A DNA stretch of 44,898 nt, taken from the NCBI GenBank assembly GCA_965659525.1, contig CBFHWA010000001.1:1-44898 (forward strand), given 5' to 3'. The stretch is from Pontimonas sp. (GTDB taxonomy: Bacteria > Actinomycetota > Actinomycetes > Actinomycetales > Microbacteriaceae). Every line of letters begins with the position of its first letter. Within the stretch, counting starts at the first letter, position 1. The notes beneath the pieces are model-generated. The model was not told the origin of the DNA. It ran no database searches and was given only the letters and a program-made list of their open reading frames with translations. Position numbers and translations under genes: made by a program. This document shows, in pieces, positions 30,048-39,756 of this stretch.

Positions 30048-30910
30048 CCGGGCAGGTAACCGGCATTAATGCCCACCAGCGTCACAACGGCGCCGGCAAG
30101 GAAGTTAATCGCCAGAAACCATCGCCAGCCGCCGTGGGCGCGAGTCGCCGTCTGGTCGGTAATGGTCACAAAAGGCACCACCGCGGCCAAATAGCCGACC
30201 ACAATCACCGCGGTGAGGCTCAGCGGCCAGGGAGCAAAGAGCATCAAGATCCCCGCGGTGGCGTAGGCAACCACGGCAATCCACACCGCAGTTTTTGCCC
30301 CCAGCGCGGTGGCTACCGAGCCAATTCCAGCCTCGCGGTCAGATTGAACATCCTGCACCGCGCCAAAGGCGTGCGAGGCCATCCCCCAGAGAAAAAACGC
30401 TCCGATGACCAGTCCACCAGTTGGTGTCAAAACCCCCTGGCCGAGGGCGAGCCCGTAGAGGGCGGGGGAGACAAAGTGAACACTCGATGTCACCGAATCC
30501 AGTCCCGCTGTTTCTTTAAAGCGCAGAGGTGGCATTGAATAAGCCACCACGCTAAAAAGCGACAGTGCCAACATCACCCACGAAATCCAATCGCCCTGGA
30601 CAACCAGCCACACCACAAACGGCAGGGCGAGCGCAATCGAGGTGACCACCATGGGGGTGTGCAGGGCGGGAGGCAACAACGCGCCCTCGGCGCCACCCTT
30701 ACGGGGGTTTCGAACATCAGACTCGTAGTCAAAAACGTCGTTAATGCCATACATCAGCACGTTGTAGGGAATGAGGAAAAACACCACTCCGACCCAAAAG
30801 CGCAGATCCAGGCTTTCGGTGGCAACGTAATAGGCCACGGCAAAAGGAAAGGCGGTATTGACCCAGCTGAGCGGCCGGGAGCTCAGCAGCATCGCCCGCA
30901 GGGTGCTCAT
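30044..30910 (-). CDS. crtEb: Lycopene elongase / UbiA-family prenyltransferase (C50 carotenoid)
   Basis: 'SSRPLSWVNTAFPF', 'YGINDVFDYESD..NPRKGG.EG' and 'AVQD..DRE'. ATG 30910 overlaps the upstream stop. Confidence 0.92.
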   Translation of the reverse strand: MSTLRAMLLSSRPLSWVNTAFPFAVAYYVATESLDLRFWVGVVFFLIPYNVLMYGINDVFDYESDVRNPRKGGAEGALLPPALHTPMVVTSIALALPFVVWLVVQGDWISWVMLALSLFSVVAYSMPPLRFKETAGLDSVTSSVHFVSPALYGLALGQGVLTPTGGLVIGAFFLWGMASHAFGAVQDVQSDREAGIGSVATALGAKTAVWIAVVAYATAGILMLFAPWPLSLTAVIVVGYLAAVVPFVTITDQTATRAHGGWRWFLAINFLAGAVVTLVGINAGYLPG

Positions 30911-31212
30911 TGCGGTGGCGTCTTTCGGCCAAGCCACTGCCACAGCGCCGGAATAATCAGCGCCGCGGCCAGCGTGTAAGCAAAATCTTCAATCGGGGCC
31001 ACCCCGATGCGCAGTCCAGAAATCTTCGCGGGGTCATAATCGACAATGCCAAAACCGATAATCATGTTGTCAAAAACCGCGGTTAACACCAGCACGATAC
31101 CCAGCGCACCAGCCACTGCCTGCCATCGCGGCCGCCAGGGAAACATCATCGCCGCGATAATGACCACGCCGGCGCCCAGTAAAAACCACAGATTCATCAG
31201 CCAGTACGTCAC
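30907..31212 (-). CDS. crtYf: C50 carotenoid cyclase subunit (lycopene cyclase domain)
   Basis: 'LTAVFDNMII..G.VDY..ISG..G.APIEDFAY'; GTG 31212 is coupled to the upstream gene. Confidence 0.85.
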   Translation of the reverse strand: MTYWLMNLWFLLGAGVVIIAAMMFPWRPRWQAVAGALGIVLVLTAVFDNMIIGFGIVDYDPAKISGLRIGVAPIEDFAYTLAAALIIPALWQWLGRKTPPQ

Positions 31213-31535
31213 GCTCGCCTCCGCTCCAGCGCCCGAACAATGCCGAGATAAGCCAGCAGGGTCACGTAACACAGGAGAGTGAGGAAAAACACTTCCTCAA
31301 GGGGCAACTCTGGGCCAATCAGCACGCCTGTTTGATAGGGACCAGCGCCCCGGAAGAACACCCCCTGGGAGATCCCCACCACGTCCCAGACGAGGAAAAA
31401 CGCGACACCCACACCCACGGTGATCAGCGTGCGCGACACCTGGCCGGCAAACAGTGCCAAACGGTGTCGTCGGTCAATCAGGCCCAACCCCAGCAGGGAC
31501 ACGACCAGGGCCGTGAGGTAGGCAAACGACAGCAT
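31209..31535 (-). CDS. crtYe: C50 carotenoid cyclase subunit (lycopene cyclase domain)
   Basis: 'LIDRRHRLALF', 'FFLVWDVVGI..GVF' and 'PELPLEEVFFL'. Confidence 0.87.
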   Translation of the reverse strand: MLSFAYLTALVVSLLGLGLIDRRHRLALFAGQVSRTLITVGVGVAFFLVWDVVGISQGVFFRGAGPYQTGVLIGPELPLEEVFFLTLLCYVTLLAYLGIVRALERRRA

Positions 31536-31546
31536 CAGCCGCAGTC

Positions 31547-33136
31547 CTAACCCTTTGTGGGCACCAGTGGCTCGGGCAGCGCCTGCGTGGTGGTATCACC
31601 GCGCAGTCGCTTGAGCATCACCTCAGCCGAAATGATGCACATCGGCAGACCGATTCCGGGAATTGTCGACGAACCGGCGTAATAGAGACCATCAACTTTC
31701 TTGCTCACATTGCCCGAGCGAAACAGTGCGCTCTGCATCAGCGTGTGGGCGGGGCCCAGCGCAGACCCCATCCACGAGTTGAGGTGGGATTCGAAATCTG
31801 CGGGCCCGGAGGTGCGGCGCACCACGATGCGGTCAGCCAAATCATGGGCGCCACTCCACGAAGCAATCTGTTCGATCGCTCGATCGGCGATGCGCTCGAC
31901 GACGGCATCGCCGTTTCCGTCAATCCCACCCTTGCCCATTGACACATCGGCTGGCATCGGCACGAGAACGAAAATGTTGGTATCGCCCGTGGGGGCCACG
32001 TCCGGGTCGGTGGCACTGGGTTTGCAGACATACAGCGACGCCGGATCGGGGATTGAGGGTGGGGTGGAGAAGATCTTTCCGAAATTCCCCTCCCAGTCTT
32101 CGGTGAAAAACAGCGAGTGGTGGACCAGCTCGGGAACCTCACCCTTGATGCCTAAGTAGATCAGCACCGCGGACGGCCCGGCGGTCTTTTTCTTCCAATA
32201 CGACTCGCCATAGGTTTGCAGCGGCTTTGCCAACAGTTTCGTCTCGGTGTGGTGCAAATCTGCACCCGAGACCACCAGGTCCGCATCAACCGTGTGGCTC
32301 ACACCGTCGCTGTCGACATAACTGACACCAGACACCCGCGGCTTACCCGAGGACTGCTCAGTGTTAATCGACGTCACGCGGGCGTTTAAGCGAAGATCAA
32401 CACCGTGGTCAACAGCGATGTCCTTGATTGACTCCATCACTTTGTGAAAACCACCCTGGGCGTAAAGCACGCCGTCTTCTAAATCGAGGTGGCTCATCAA
32501 GTGGAACATCGCCGGTGCGAGATACGGACTGGAGCCAAGAAACACTGCCGGATAGCCCAGGATCTGACGGGCGCGGTGTGAGGTCACATATTTCGACGCA
32601 AAGCCCCAAATGGGTTTGGTCAAGAGTCGGTAGAGAGTGCCCGCGCGCTTGAGTACCTCGCCCACCAGCAGGGGGCGGAGATCTTGGAAGGAGGTAAAGA
32701 GAAAGTACTTTTTGGCAATCTCGTAGGTTTCCTTCGCCGAGTCGAGGTAGGACTCCATTGCCGGCCGGGAGCCTGGCTCGAGGGCTTCGAACACCTCCAA
32801 GTTCGCTTCCCGGTCAGCCAACACATCCACCGAATCGGCCGTCTGGCCCGGGGTTGGCTGGAAAAACACCCGGTAGGCCGGATCGAGGCGGTGGAGTTCC
32901 AACTGTTCGGCCGCGGATGTACCCATCAGTTTGTAGAAGTGGTCGAAAACTTCCGGCATCAGATACCACGACGGCCCGGTATCGAAGCGGAAGCCGTCTT
33001 TTTCCCAGTTACCGGCGCGACCGCCGACGTGGTCGTGTGCTTCGAGCAACACCACGTCGTAACCGTCCTTGGCCAGCAGTGACGCGGAAGCCAAACCTCC
33101 CATTCCGGCACCGATGACGACCACGCGCTGGGTCAT
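31547..33136 (-). CDS. crtI: Phytoene desaturase
   Basis: GxGxxG 'IGAGMGGL', 'GFRFDTGPSWYLM', 'ALGPAHTL.QS..FR' and 'PGIGLPMC'. Confidence 0.96.
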   Translation of the reverse strand: MTQRVVVIGAGMGGLASASLLAKDGYDVVLLEAHDHVGGRAGNWEKDGFRFDTGPSWYLMPEVFDHFYKLMGTSAAEQLELHRLDPAYRVFFQPTPGQTADSVDVLADREANLEVFEALEPGSRPAMESYLDSAKETYEIAKKYFLFTSFQDLRPLLVGEVLKRAGTLYRLLTKPIWGFASKYVTSHRARQILGYPAVFLGSSPYLAPAMFHLMSHLDLEDGVLYAQGGFHKVMESIKDIAVDHGVDLRLNARVTSINTEQSSGKPRVSGVSYVDSDGVSHTVDADLVVSGADLHHTETKLLAKPLQTYGESYWKKKTAGPSAVLIYLGIKGEVPELVHHSLFFTEDWEGNFGKIFSTPPSIPDPASLYVCKPSATDPDVAPTGDTNIFVLVPMPADVSMGKGGIDGNGDAVVERIADRAIEQIASWSGAHDLADRIVVRRTSGPADFESHLNSWMGSALGPAHTLMQSALFRSGNVSKKVDGLYYAGSSTIPGIGLPMCIISAEVMLKRLRGDTTTQALPEPLVPTKG

Positions 33137-34041
33137 GAAATCTCCCTACTGACTTGTCTCCACTGTTTTCCGGGTAGCCACCCGGCAAGAACCTGTCCGG
33201 CCAGTTGCACTTTCCTGGCGTTGGGAACACTCACCCGCGACACCAGTATTTTCTCTGCCGGTGTGGCCCGAAGCCTGAGACCCAGTTCATCAAACAGTGC
33301 CTGGGCGAGGGCAACGGCTTTACGCGAACGGGCCGGAAGCAGGGGAAGCGCCCGCGCCGACTGGGCCAAATCCTGGTCAATGTCATCAAGCAGGCGCGTC
33401 TTGGTCGCCTCATCCATCGAATCGGGAGTCACCCCGGGGAAATAGCTTCTGCCCAGTGCCTCAAAATCTACGGCGAGGTCGCGCAGGAAATTCACCTTCT
33501 GAAACGCCGCGCCCAGCGCGCGCGCACCAGAAACCATCTGATCGTGCTGGTCCGGTGTGTAATCCAGGCCGTGAACAAAAGCCTTCAAACACATCAGACC
33601 CACCACCTCGGCAGAACCATAGACGTAGGTCGCGAAGCTCTCCTCGTCGTGTTCGTGCTGATGAAGATCAGCGCGCATTGAGGCAAAAAACGGTGCGGTG
33701 AGGTCGTCACCCAGTCCGACCTGCCTGGCCGAATGGGCAAAAGCGTGCACGATGAGGTTGGTGCTGTAGCCGGTTTGCATCGCCCGGTGGGTGTCTGCCT
33801 CCAACTGGTCGAGCATCACACCGGCCTCATCACGATCAACGCCTGCCTGCTCAGCAACACCATCGACGACCTCATCCGCCAGTCGCACCAGGGAGTAAAT
33901 GTTTTCGATATGCCGACGAGTGACCGGGTCGAGCAGGCGCGAGGCCAAGCCGAAGGACGTGGAGTAGAGCCGGATGACACCCGAGGCGGTTTCTTCCGCT
34001 GCGCGGGTGTAGAGGTCAATGCGAGTGTCTAACTGCGTCAT
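33133..34041 (-). CDS. crtB: Phytoene synthase
   Basis: 'YSTSF', 'VRLADEVVD', 'YVYGSAEVVGLMC' and 'FQKVNFLRDL'. Start is either ATG 34041 or GTG 34047. Confidence 0.95.
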   Translation of the reverse strand: MTQLDTRIDLYTRAAEETASGVIRLYSTSFGLASRLLDPVTRRHIENIYSLVRLADEVVDGVAEQAGVDRDEAGVMLDQLEADTHRAMQTGYSTNLIVHAFAHSARQVGLGDDLTAPFFASMRADLHQHEHDEESFATYVYGSAEVVGLMCLKAFVHGLDYTPDQHDQMVSGARALGAAFQKVNFLRDLAVDFEALGRSYFPGVTPDSMDEATKTRLLDDIDQDLAQSARALPLLPARSRKAVALAQALFDELGLRLRATPAEKILVSRVSVPNARKVQLAGQVLAGWLPGKQWRQVSREIS

Positions 34042-34122
34042 CGACACTGACCTTCCTGCATACGCATCGCTAGGCTACTGCGGGGCGTCATACCTGCGCC
34101 CGTCCACCTGGAAGGTTAGCGC

Positions 34123-34683
34123 GTGGCGGCAGAAGATATCTCCGAGCTCGTTGTCCTCGTCGACGATAACGGCGAGCCCATTGGAACGGCGGATAAAGCC
34201 ACAGTCCACCACGAGAACACTCCGCTGCACCTGGCATTTTCATGCCACATCATCAATACCGACGGTCAAGTCCTCGTCACGAGGCGGGCATTGGATAAGA
34301 AGACCTGGCCGGGGGTGTGGACTAATGCCGTCTGCGGCCATCCCGGCCCCGACGAATCAATGGACGATGCCATTATTCGCCGCGCCCGCTACGAAATCGG
34401 GCTCGATATTGCCCAGATTCGCCCCGCGATTGCCAATTTTCGCTACCGGGCCACCGACGCGTCAGGTGTGGTGGAAAACGAAATCTGTCCCGTGTTTAGC
34501 GCTGTTGCTCACAACGACCCCACACCGCGGGCCGACGAAGTCTGCCAGTGGCAGTGGGTGGAACCCTCAGCGCTTCGCGATGCGGTGAGCGCAACACCCT
34601 TTGCCTTTAGCCCCTGGCTGGTCATGCAGATTCAGGCGTGGCCTGATGATTATCGCGCCGTGTCAGACACGTCGGTGCGGTGA
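34123..34683 (+). CDS. idi: Isopentenyl-diphosphate delta-isomerase (type 1)
   Basis: 'HLAFSC', '[16 protein letters not shown]', 'ENEICPV' and 'FSPW'. Confidence 0.96.
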   Translation: MAAEDISELVVLVDDNGEPIGTADKATVHHENTPLHLAFSCHIINTDGQVLVTRRALDKKTWPGVWTNAVCGHPGPDESMDDAIIRRARYEIGLDIAQIRPAIANFRYRATDASGVVENEICPVFSAVAHNDPTPRADEVCQWQWVEPSALRDAVSATPFAFSPWLVMQIQAWPDDYRAVSDTSVR

Positions 34684-35240
34684 AAATTCGCCGACGAGCG
34701 TGACGCCGTGGGGCCGCGCTGGCCCTGGTAGCGAGAGCCGTAGCGCGCCGAGCCATACGGGTGCTCAGCGGGTGAGGACAGCCGGAAGAAACACAGCTGG
34801 CCGATTTTCATCCCCGGCCACAGCGTGATCGGCAGTGTGGCCACATTGGAAAGCTCCAGGGTGACGTGTCCGGAAAAACCTGGGTCAATAAACCCGGCCG
34901 TGGAGTGGGTGAGCAGACCCAGGCGACCGAGCGAGCTTTTTCCCTCCAGACGCGCTGCCACGTCATCGGGCAGGGTAATCACCTCGTAGGTTGCTCCCAG
35001 GACGAACTCACCGGGGTGAAGGACGAAGGATTCGTCCGGTTCGACTTCGACGAGCCGAGTGAGGTCCGGTTGGTCAACGGCGGGGTCAATGTGCTGGTAC
35101 TTGTGGTTATCAAAAAGGCGAAAGAATCGATCGAGGCGAACATCAACACTCGAGGGCTGAACCATCGATTCGTCCCACGGGTCGAGAACAACCCTGTTCG
35201 CATCGACTTCTGCACGAATATCCCGGTCCGATAGCAGCAC
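34650..35240 (-). CDS. dcd: dCTP deaminase
   Basis: 'LLSDRDI', 'QPSSVDVRL', '[11 protein letters not shown]', 'AGFIDPGF' and 'YQGQRGPT'. Confidence 0.97.
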   Translation of the reverse strand: MLLSDRDIRAEVDANRVVLDPWDESMVQPSSVDVRLDRFFRLFDNHKYQHIDPAVDQPDLTRLVEVEPDESFVLHPGEFVLGATYEVITLPDDVAARLEGKSSLGRLGLLTHSTAGFIDPGFSGHVTLELSNVATLPITLWPGMKIGQLCFFRLSSPAEHPYGSARYGSRYQGQRGPTASRSSANFHRTDVSDTAR

Positions 35241-35287
35241 GAAATCAGCCTAGTAGAATGGGGAGCAGGGGCCTGTATCGGCGCCTC

Positions 35288-35361
35288 GCGAGTGTAGTTC
35301 AATGGTAGAACTTCAGCTTCCCAAGCTGACGGCGCGGGTTCGATTCCCGTCACTCGCTCCA
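35288..35361 (+). tRNA. tRNA-Gly(CCC), CCA encoded
   Basis: Acceptor stem GCGAGTG/CACTCGC, D-loop AATGGTA, anticodon arm TCAGC-TTCCCAA-GCTGA, T-loop GGTTCGATTCC and 3' TCCA. TAGAAT -10 at 35254-35259. Confidence 0.97.
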
Positions 35362-35362
35362 A

Positions 35363-36661
35363 TCACCACAAGGCCGCCGCCTCGTTGCGCGCTGTGTCAA
35401 AAAACCGCTTCACGTCCTGGTCAACGATGATGTCTGAGGGACGAAGCGGCCTGGCCAAATGAAGCCCCTCCAGGCTGGTGAGGCGAGAAAACGCCACATA
35501 GGTTTGGCCGGCGGCAAACGCTCGGGGGCCCAAGTCGATCATGGCCTCGTCAATCGTTTTGCCCTGGGCTTTGTGAATGGTGACCGCCCAGGCCAGGCGT
35601 AGCGGAAACTGCGTGAACTCGGCGATGACATCGCTGCTGATTTCTTTTGTGGCCGGGTCGTAGTCGTAGCGGATTTTTTCCCACGTGACCGGTTCGACCT
35701 CGACGGACTCCCCGTCAATATTCACCACAACGCTCTCGCCGAACTCCTCAACGACACCGAGCGTTCCATTAACCCACCGAGGTCCCGCCTCGTTGCCGGT
35801 GTCGTTTCGCAAAAACATCACCTGCGCCCCCGGTTTCAACACCAGTTCTTCGTCTGCGGGAAACTGCCGAGATTGACCAAACTCTCCCTCGATCAGCGCG
35901 ACGGAGATTTGTTCGTCGCCATCGAGGGCGGCCAGTCGCGACTGGTTTATCCGGCGAACCGTGTCATTTGTCGTCGCCAGGGTGATCACGTCGGGATCGT
36001 CTGGGGGGATTGCTCCACGCTCGTTGAGCATCCGACCGGTGTCCGGATCGAGACTGCCATCGCGCAGCGAGTTGAGGATGGCCTGGAACTCCGGGTCGGC
36101 CTGACGAAACACCGTGTCCAAAACAACTGTCCTCAGCTGCGTTTGCTGCCAGACCCGGGCGTCGAAAAACCAGGCCGAGGCGTAATGGTCGCGGTAATAG
36201 TTTTTCTCCATCTCCCCGCTGACCACCGGGGCCAGTTGGTAGAGATCACCAAACATCACCAGCTGCACACCGCCAAAGGGAACCGTTTTACGGCCCTTGG
36301 CTTGGCGAAGTCTGCGGTCAATGGCATCCATCAGGTCAGCACTAACCATGGAGACTTCGTCGATCACTAACACGTCAGCAGCGCGGAGCATCTGCAAGGT
36401 CTCTTTGGGACAAAACCCCAAATCCCGCTCGCCGATAATTCCCAGAGGCAAACGCAACAGAGAGTGCAGTGTTTGGCCCGCCACCGCGAGCGCGGCCACG
36501 CCCGTCGGGGCTGCGACAATGACCTGCTTCTCGGTCTGTTGGACAAACGCGTGAAGCAGAGTGGTTTTTCCTGTTCCGGCCGGGCCGGTAATGAAGAAGT
36601 TGTCGAAACCGGTCTCGAGGGTGGTGAGGATGTCGTCGTAATGGTCTGACTGGTTGGTCAT
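35363..36661 (-). CDS. Pif1/RecD-like SF1B DNA helicase
   Basis: 'GPAGTGKT', 'APTGVAA', 'DEVSMV', 'GDLYQL', 'FRQ', 'QFPLRLAWAVTIHKAQG' and 'GQTYVAFSR'. Confidence 0.92.
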   Translation of the reverse strand: MTNQSDHYDDILTTLETGFDNFFITGPAGTGKTTLLHAFVQQTEKQVIVAAPTGVAALAVAGQTLHSLLRLPLGIIGERDLGFCPKETLQMLRAADVLVIDEVSMVSADLMDAIDRRLRQAKGRKTVPFGGVQLVMFGDLYQLAPVVSGEMEKNYYRDHYASAWFFDARVWQQTQLRTVVLDTVFRQADPEFQAILNSLRDGSLDPDTGRMLNERGAIPPDDPDVITLATTNDTVRRINQSRLAALDGDEQISVALIEGEFGQSRQFPADEELVLKPGAQVMFLRNDTGNEAGPRWVNGTLGVVEEFGESVVVNIDGESVEVEPVTWEKIRYDYDPATKEISSDVIAEFTQFPLRLAWAVTIHKAQGKTIDEAMIDLGPRAFAAGQTYVAFSRLTSLEGLHLARPLRPSDIIVDQDVKRFFDTARNEAAALW

Positions 36662-36727
36662 AATCCCCCGGAGTGTGCCTGTGACCAGGCTACCGCCCGG
36701 GGCGTGGCTGGTTCCTACACTGGAGTC

Positions 36728-37666
36728 ATGCAGCGGGTGCTAATCAGTGTGGGCGCGGGTATCGCCGGTGTCATCGCACTGTGGGTGGGCACCCTGCTGT
36801 GGTTAAACGCCACCGTCTACGCCCCGGAGTCTCTCGTCAGTGACTATCTAGACGCCTTGACCTCCGGTGATGTTGCTACCGCGAGCGCTGTGGGTGGCTT
36901 AGGGGAAAGCCCCCGTGTGGCGCCTGGCCCCGACGCACTTCCGGCCAACCACGAAATCACCGGAATCCAACCCACCGATGACAATCGCGTGTTAGTCCGC
37001 GCGACCTACACCCTCGATGGTGCGAGGGAGAACTCCGTGTTCACCCTCGAGCCCCGAGAGCGACTGTGGGGACTGTTTGACCAGTGGGCGTTTTCTACCC
37101 CCCCAACAGCGACGATTGAGGCGGCCGTGTCGGGTCTGGACACCGTGAGGGTTTCTGGTGTGGACGTGGGGCGGACAGACGCCGCGTCACTGCCGGTGCT
37201 CGTACCGGCGCGCTACTCGCTCAGTGCCCGCAGCCAGTGGTTGACATCGGCCGACTATTCGACGACGATTCGTGAACCAGGCTCAGTGTGGTCGGTGGAT
37301 ATGGACCTGCGGCCGACGAGCGCGCTGGTCGATGAAGTTAACTCTGCCGTGGACGAATACCTCAGTGAATGCGCGCTGCGCCAGGTCCTCCAACCCTCTT
37401 CGTGTCCTTTTGGTGTTCGAGTGACCGACCGGCTGGCTACCCTTCCCACCTGGGCAATTAGCAAATCCCCGGCCCTTGCCCTTGAGCCCACAACCGATCC
37501 GGATACGTGGCAAATGGTGGCCCTGGGTGGTGAGGCAACGATCAGCACGACCCTGCAGTCACTATTTGACGGCTCGCTCCGTGACTACTCCGAAGTTGTC
37601 TCGTTTGCGCTCACCGGTGTGGTCACGGGGCTAGACGGCGAATCCCCAGCACTCAGGATCGACTAA
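36728..37666 (+). CDS. Membrane-anchored exported hypothetical protein
   Basis: ATG 36728 with TACACT 6 nt upstream; N-terminal TM, 'VSDYLDAL' and 'C...QPSSCPFG'. Confidence 0.7.
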   Translation: MQRVLISVGAGIAGVIALWVGTLLWLNATVYAPESLVSDYLDALTSGDVATASAVGGLGESPRVAPGPDALPANHEITGIQPTDDNRVLVRATYTLDGARENSVFTLEPRERLWGLFDQWAFSTPPTATIEAAVSGLDTVRVSGVDVGRTDAASLPVLVPARYSLSARSQWLTSADYSTTIREPGSVWSVDMDLRPTSALVDEVNSAVDEYLSECALRQVLQPSSCPFGVRVTDRLATLPTWAISKSPALALEPTTDPDTWQMVALGGEATISTTLQSLFDGSLRDYSEVVSFALTGVVTGLDGESPALRID

Positions 37667-39671
37667 GTCCCGCGCGCTGGCTGGCTTCGGCGCGCTGGCG
37701 CAGCATCTCGTTGTAGGCCTGCAGCTCGGCGTCATCGTCTCGATCGGCTTTGCGGTCCCGACGTTTTTGTTCCCGATCATCGCCGCGACTCCACGCCCAG
37801 GTCACCAAAATGGCGAGCACGAGGGTGGGAATCTCTCCCAGACCCCAGGCCAGCTCGCCACCTTGCTGCTGGTCTTCTAGTGGTGACAGCCCCCACTCAC
37901 GCCCCATTGCTCCGTACCATTCGGGCACCAACAGCCCCTCGCCCATAATCAAGCCCAAACCAAAAAACGCGTGGAAGGCCATCGTGGCGAGAACGACGAC
38001 GAGTCGCAGTGGGTAGGCCGGACGGTGCGGGTGGGGATCGCCATCGATGAGGACTTGGGCGAAGAGGTAGCCACTGAGCAGAAAGTGCAGTGTCATCCAG
38101 ATATGACCCAGATGGTCTTCGAGAGCCCAGGCAAACAGGGGCGAGTAGTAGAAGACAATCAGGGACACGGCAAAAAGCGGAACGGCAACCAGCGGGTGGC
38201 CGATAAATCCTAAATAGCGCGAGTTCACGGCGGCAAGAATCCATTCGCGCGCTCCGCGCGAACCGTCCTTTCTCGCCTCAATGGCTCGGGCAGCCAAACT
38301 CACCGGGGTGGCCAACACCCACAGCAGCGGAATGGCCATACTGAGGATCATGTGGGCGACCATGTGCACACTAAAGAGGTAGATGCCATAGACGTAGAGG
38401 CCCGAGCTGGTGGTGAAAAACAGCAGCGCCATTCCGGAGACCCAAAAAATGGTTTTACTCACCGGCCAACGATCGCCTCGGGCGCGGAGCCTGGCGACGC
38501 CTGCGAGATAGAACACTGTTCCAAACACGGCGATGAGGGCCCACAGCAGGTCGAGCTCCCACACGGTGAACACCTTCGTCCAATCAAACTCCGGCGGCAG
38601 CGGCGATCCGGTGAGGTATTCCGCGGGTGTGGGCGCTGCCAGCTCACTGGGTGGGGTGTCATCCACTGGCGTTTGGGTTCGTGCCAGGGCCACGGCTAAC
38701 CCCACAGCGATCCCCATAATGGCCAGCTCGGCAACAATCACCCGCCAGAGCGACCCGACAGCCGATACCGCTGAGGCGCGAATACGGCCGATCAGTCGTA
38801 ACCGATAGAGGGCCCCCGCCGCGATCAGCAGCGCCAAAAGCGCCGTTTTTGCCACAACGAGCTGGCCGTAGGCAGTGGTCAGCAGAGCATCAACGGTACC
38901 CACTCGAATGGCGGCGTTGAGAACACCTGACGCCGCAACGACGATGGCGGCGGTCAGGGCAATACTCGATAAGCGCTGCAGGCTGGTAACCAACAGCGTT
39001 GGCTTATGCCGAAGCGTTGGAAAGGCAATAGCGAGGGCCGCGAGGCCGCCCACCCAAAAGCCAATAAAAACGTTGTGCAGAAATGCCGACGTCACTGCCT
39101 GGTTGTGTGAGGCAGCACCGGCGGCGTGGCCAAGCTCGGATAGCGGCCACAGCGCCGCCACGGCAGCAAAGCCGGCGAAGAAAACCGGCGTGTAGCCGCG
39201 CGAACCAATCGCCAGGATCGTGGTCAGGCCGGCAAGGATTGTTGACCACATCCACGCTCGACCAAACTCGGTTTGGGTGAAAAACAGCGCCAGTAAATTG
39301 CCGTACTGGTCGGTAGCGCTAATGGGTTCGAGATACACCGCTTGGAAGGTGCCAAAACTGGCCACCAGGCTCGCCAGTGTCCACACAGCAGCTGACCACC
39401 CCGCCAGTTGCATGGTCTTTTCGTACGCCGCACTATCCGAGGGCAGGGCGAAGGCGGCAAACAACAGCGCCCCCACCGTCAGGCTCGACGCAACCCGAAG
39501 CACCAGCATGGCTGCTGGCAGGCCGTAGCGAACACCCGCACCCGGGTCGACCAGAAGCGGGGCGAGGGCAGCCCCACCAAAAACCAACCCCGCGGCTGTC
39601 GCGATCGCCCCCGCCACGATCATCACCACCAACGGCACTCGGCTGGTTCTCGGGGCGGTGGTGATCTTCAC
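37653..39671 (-). CDS. CopD / cytochrome c oxidase assembly (CtaG, caa3-type) fusion membrane protein
   Basis: CopD-like region 'GHAAG..H..WVGGL..YGQL..K', followed by CtaG-like 'FSVHMVAHMILSM', 'HAFFG' and 'DQQQGG..W..GE.P'. Confidence 0.9.
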   Translation of the reverse strand: MKITTAPRTSRVPLVVMIVAGAIATAAGLVFGGAALAPLLVDPGAGVRYGLPAAMLVLRVASSLTVGALLFAAFALPSDSAAYEKTMQLAGWSAAVWTLASLVASFGTFQAVYLEPISATDQYGNLLALFFTQTEFGRAWMWSTILAGLTTILAIGSRGYTPVFFAGFAAVAALWPLSELGHAAGAASHNQAVTSAFLHNVFIGFWVGGLAALAIAFPTLRHKPTLLVTSLQRLSSIALTAAIVVAASGVLNAAIRVGTVDALLTTAYGQLVVAKTALLALLIAAGALYRLRLIGRIRASAVSAVGSLWRVIVAELAIMGIAVGLAVALARTQTPVDDTPPSELAAPTPAEYLTGSPLPPEFDWTKVFTVWELDLLWALIAVFGTVFYLAGVARLRARGDRWPVSKTIFWVSGMALLFFTTSSGLYVYGIYLFSVHMVAHMILSMAIPLLWVLATPVSLAARAIEARKDGSRGAREWILAAVNSRYLGFIGHPLVAVPLFAVSLIVFYYSPLFAWALEDHLGHIWMTLHFLLSGYLFAQVLIDGDPHPHRPAYPLRLVVVLATMAFHAFFGLGLIMGEGLLVPEWYGAMGREWGLSPLEDQQQGGELAWGLGEIPTLVLAILVTWAWSRGDDREQKRRDRKADRDDDAELQAYNEMLRQRAEASQRAGLSRS

Positions 39672-39756
39672 GTCTCCAGGCTAAGCCACTGATCCGAGGC
39701 CCAACCGGGAGGCGGCTGCGCTGAGAATCTTGGCGCCGAGCTGACACAATGACGGC

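Noticed and set aside
34979-35362. ORF beginning MERVTGIEPAPSAWEAEVLPLNYTR
   Set aside because: This is the reverse-complement translation of tRNA-Gly, a classic spurious ORF.
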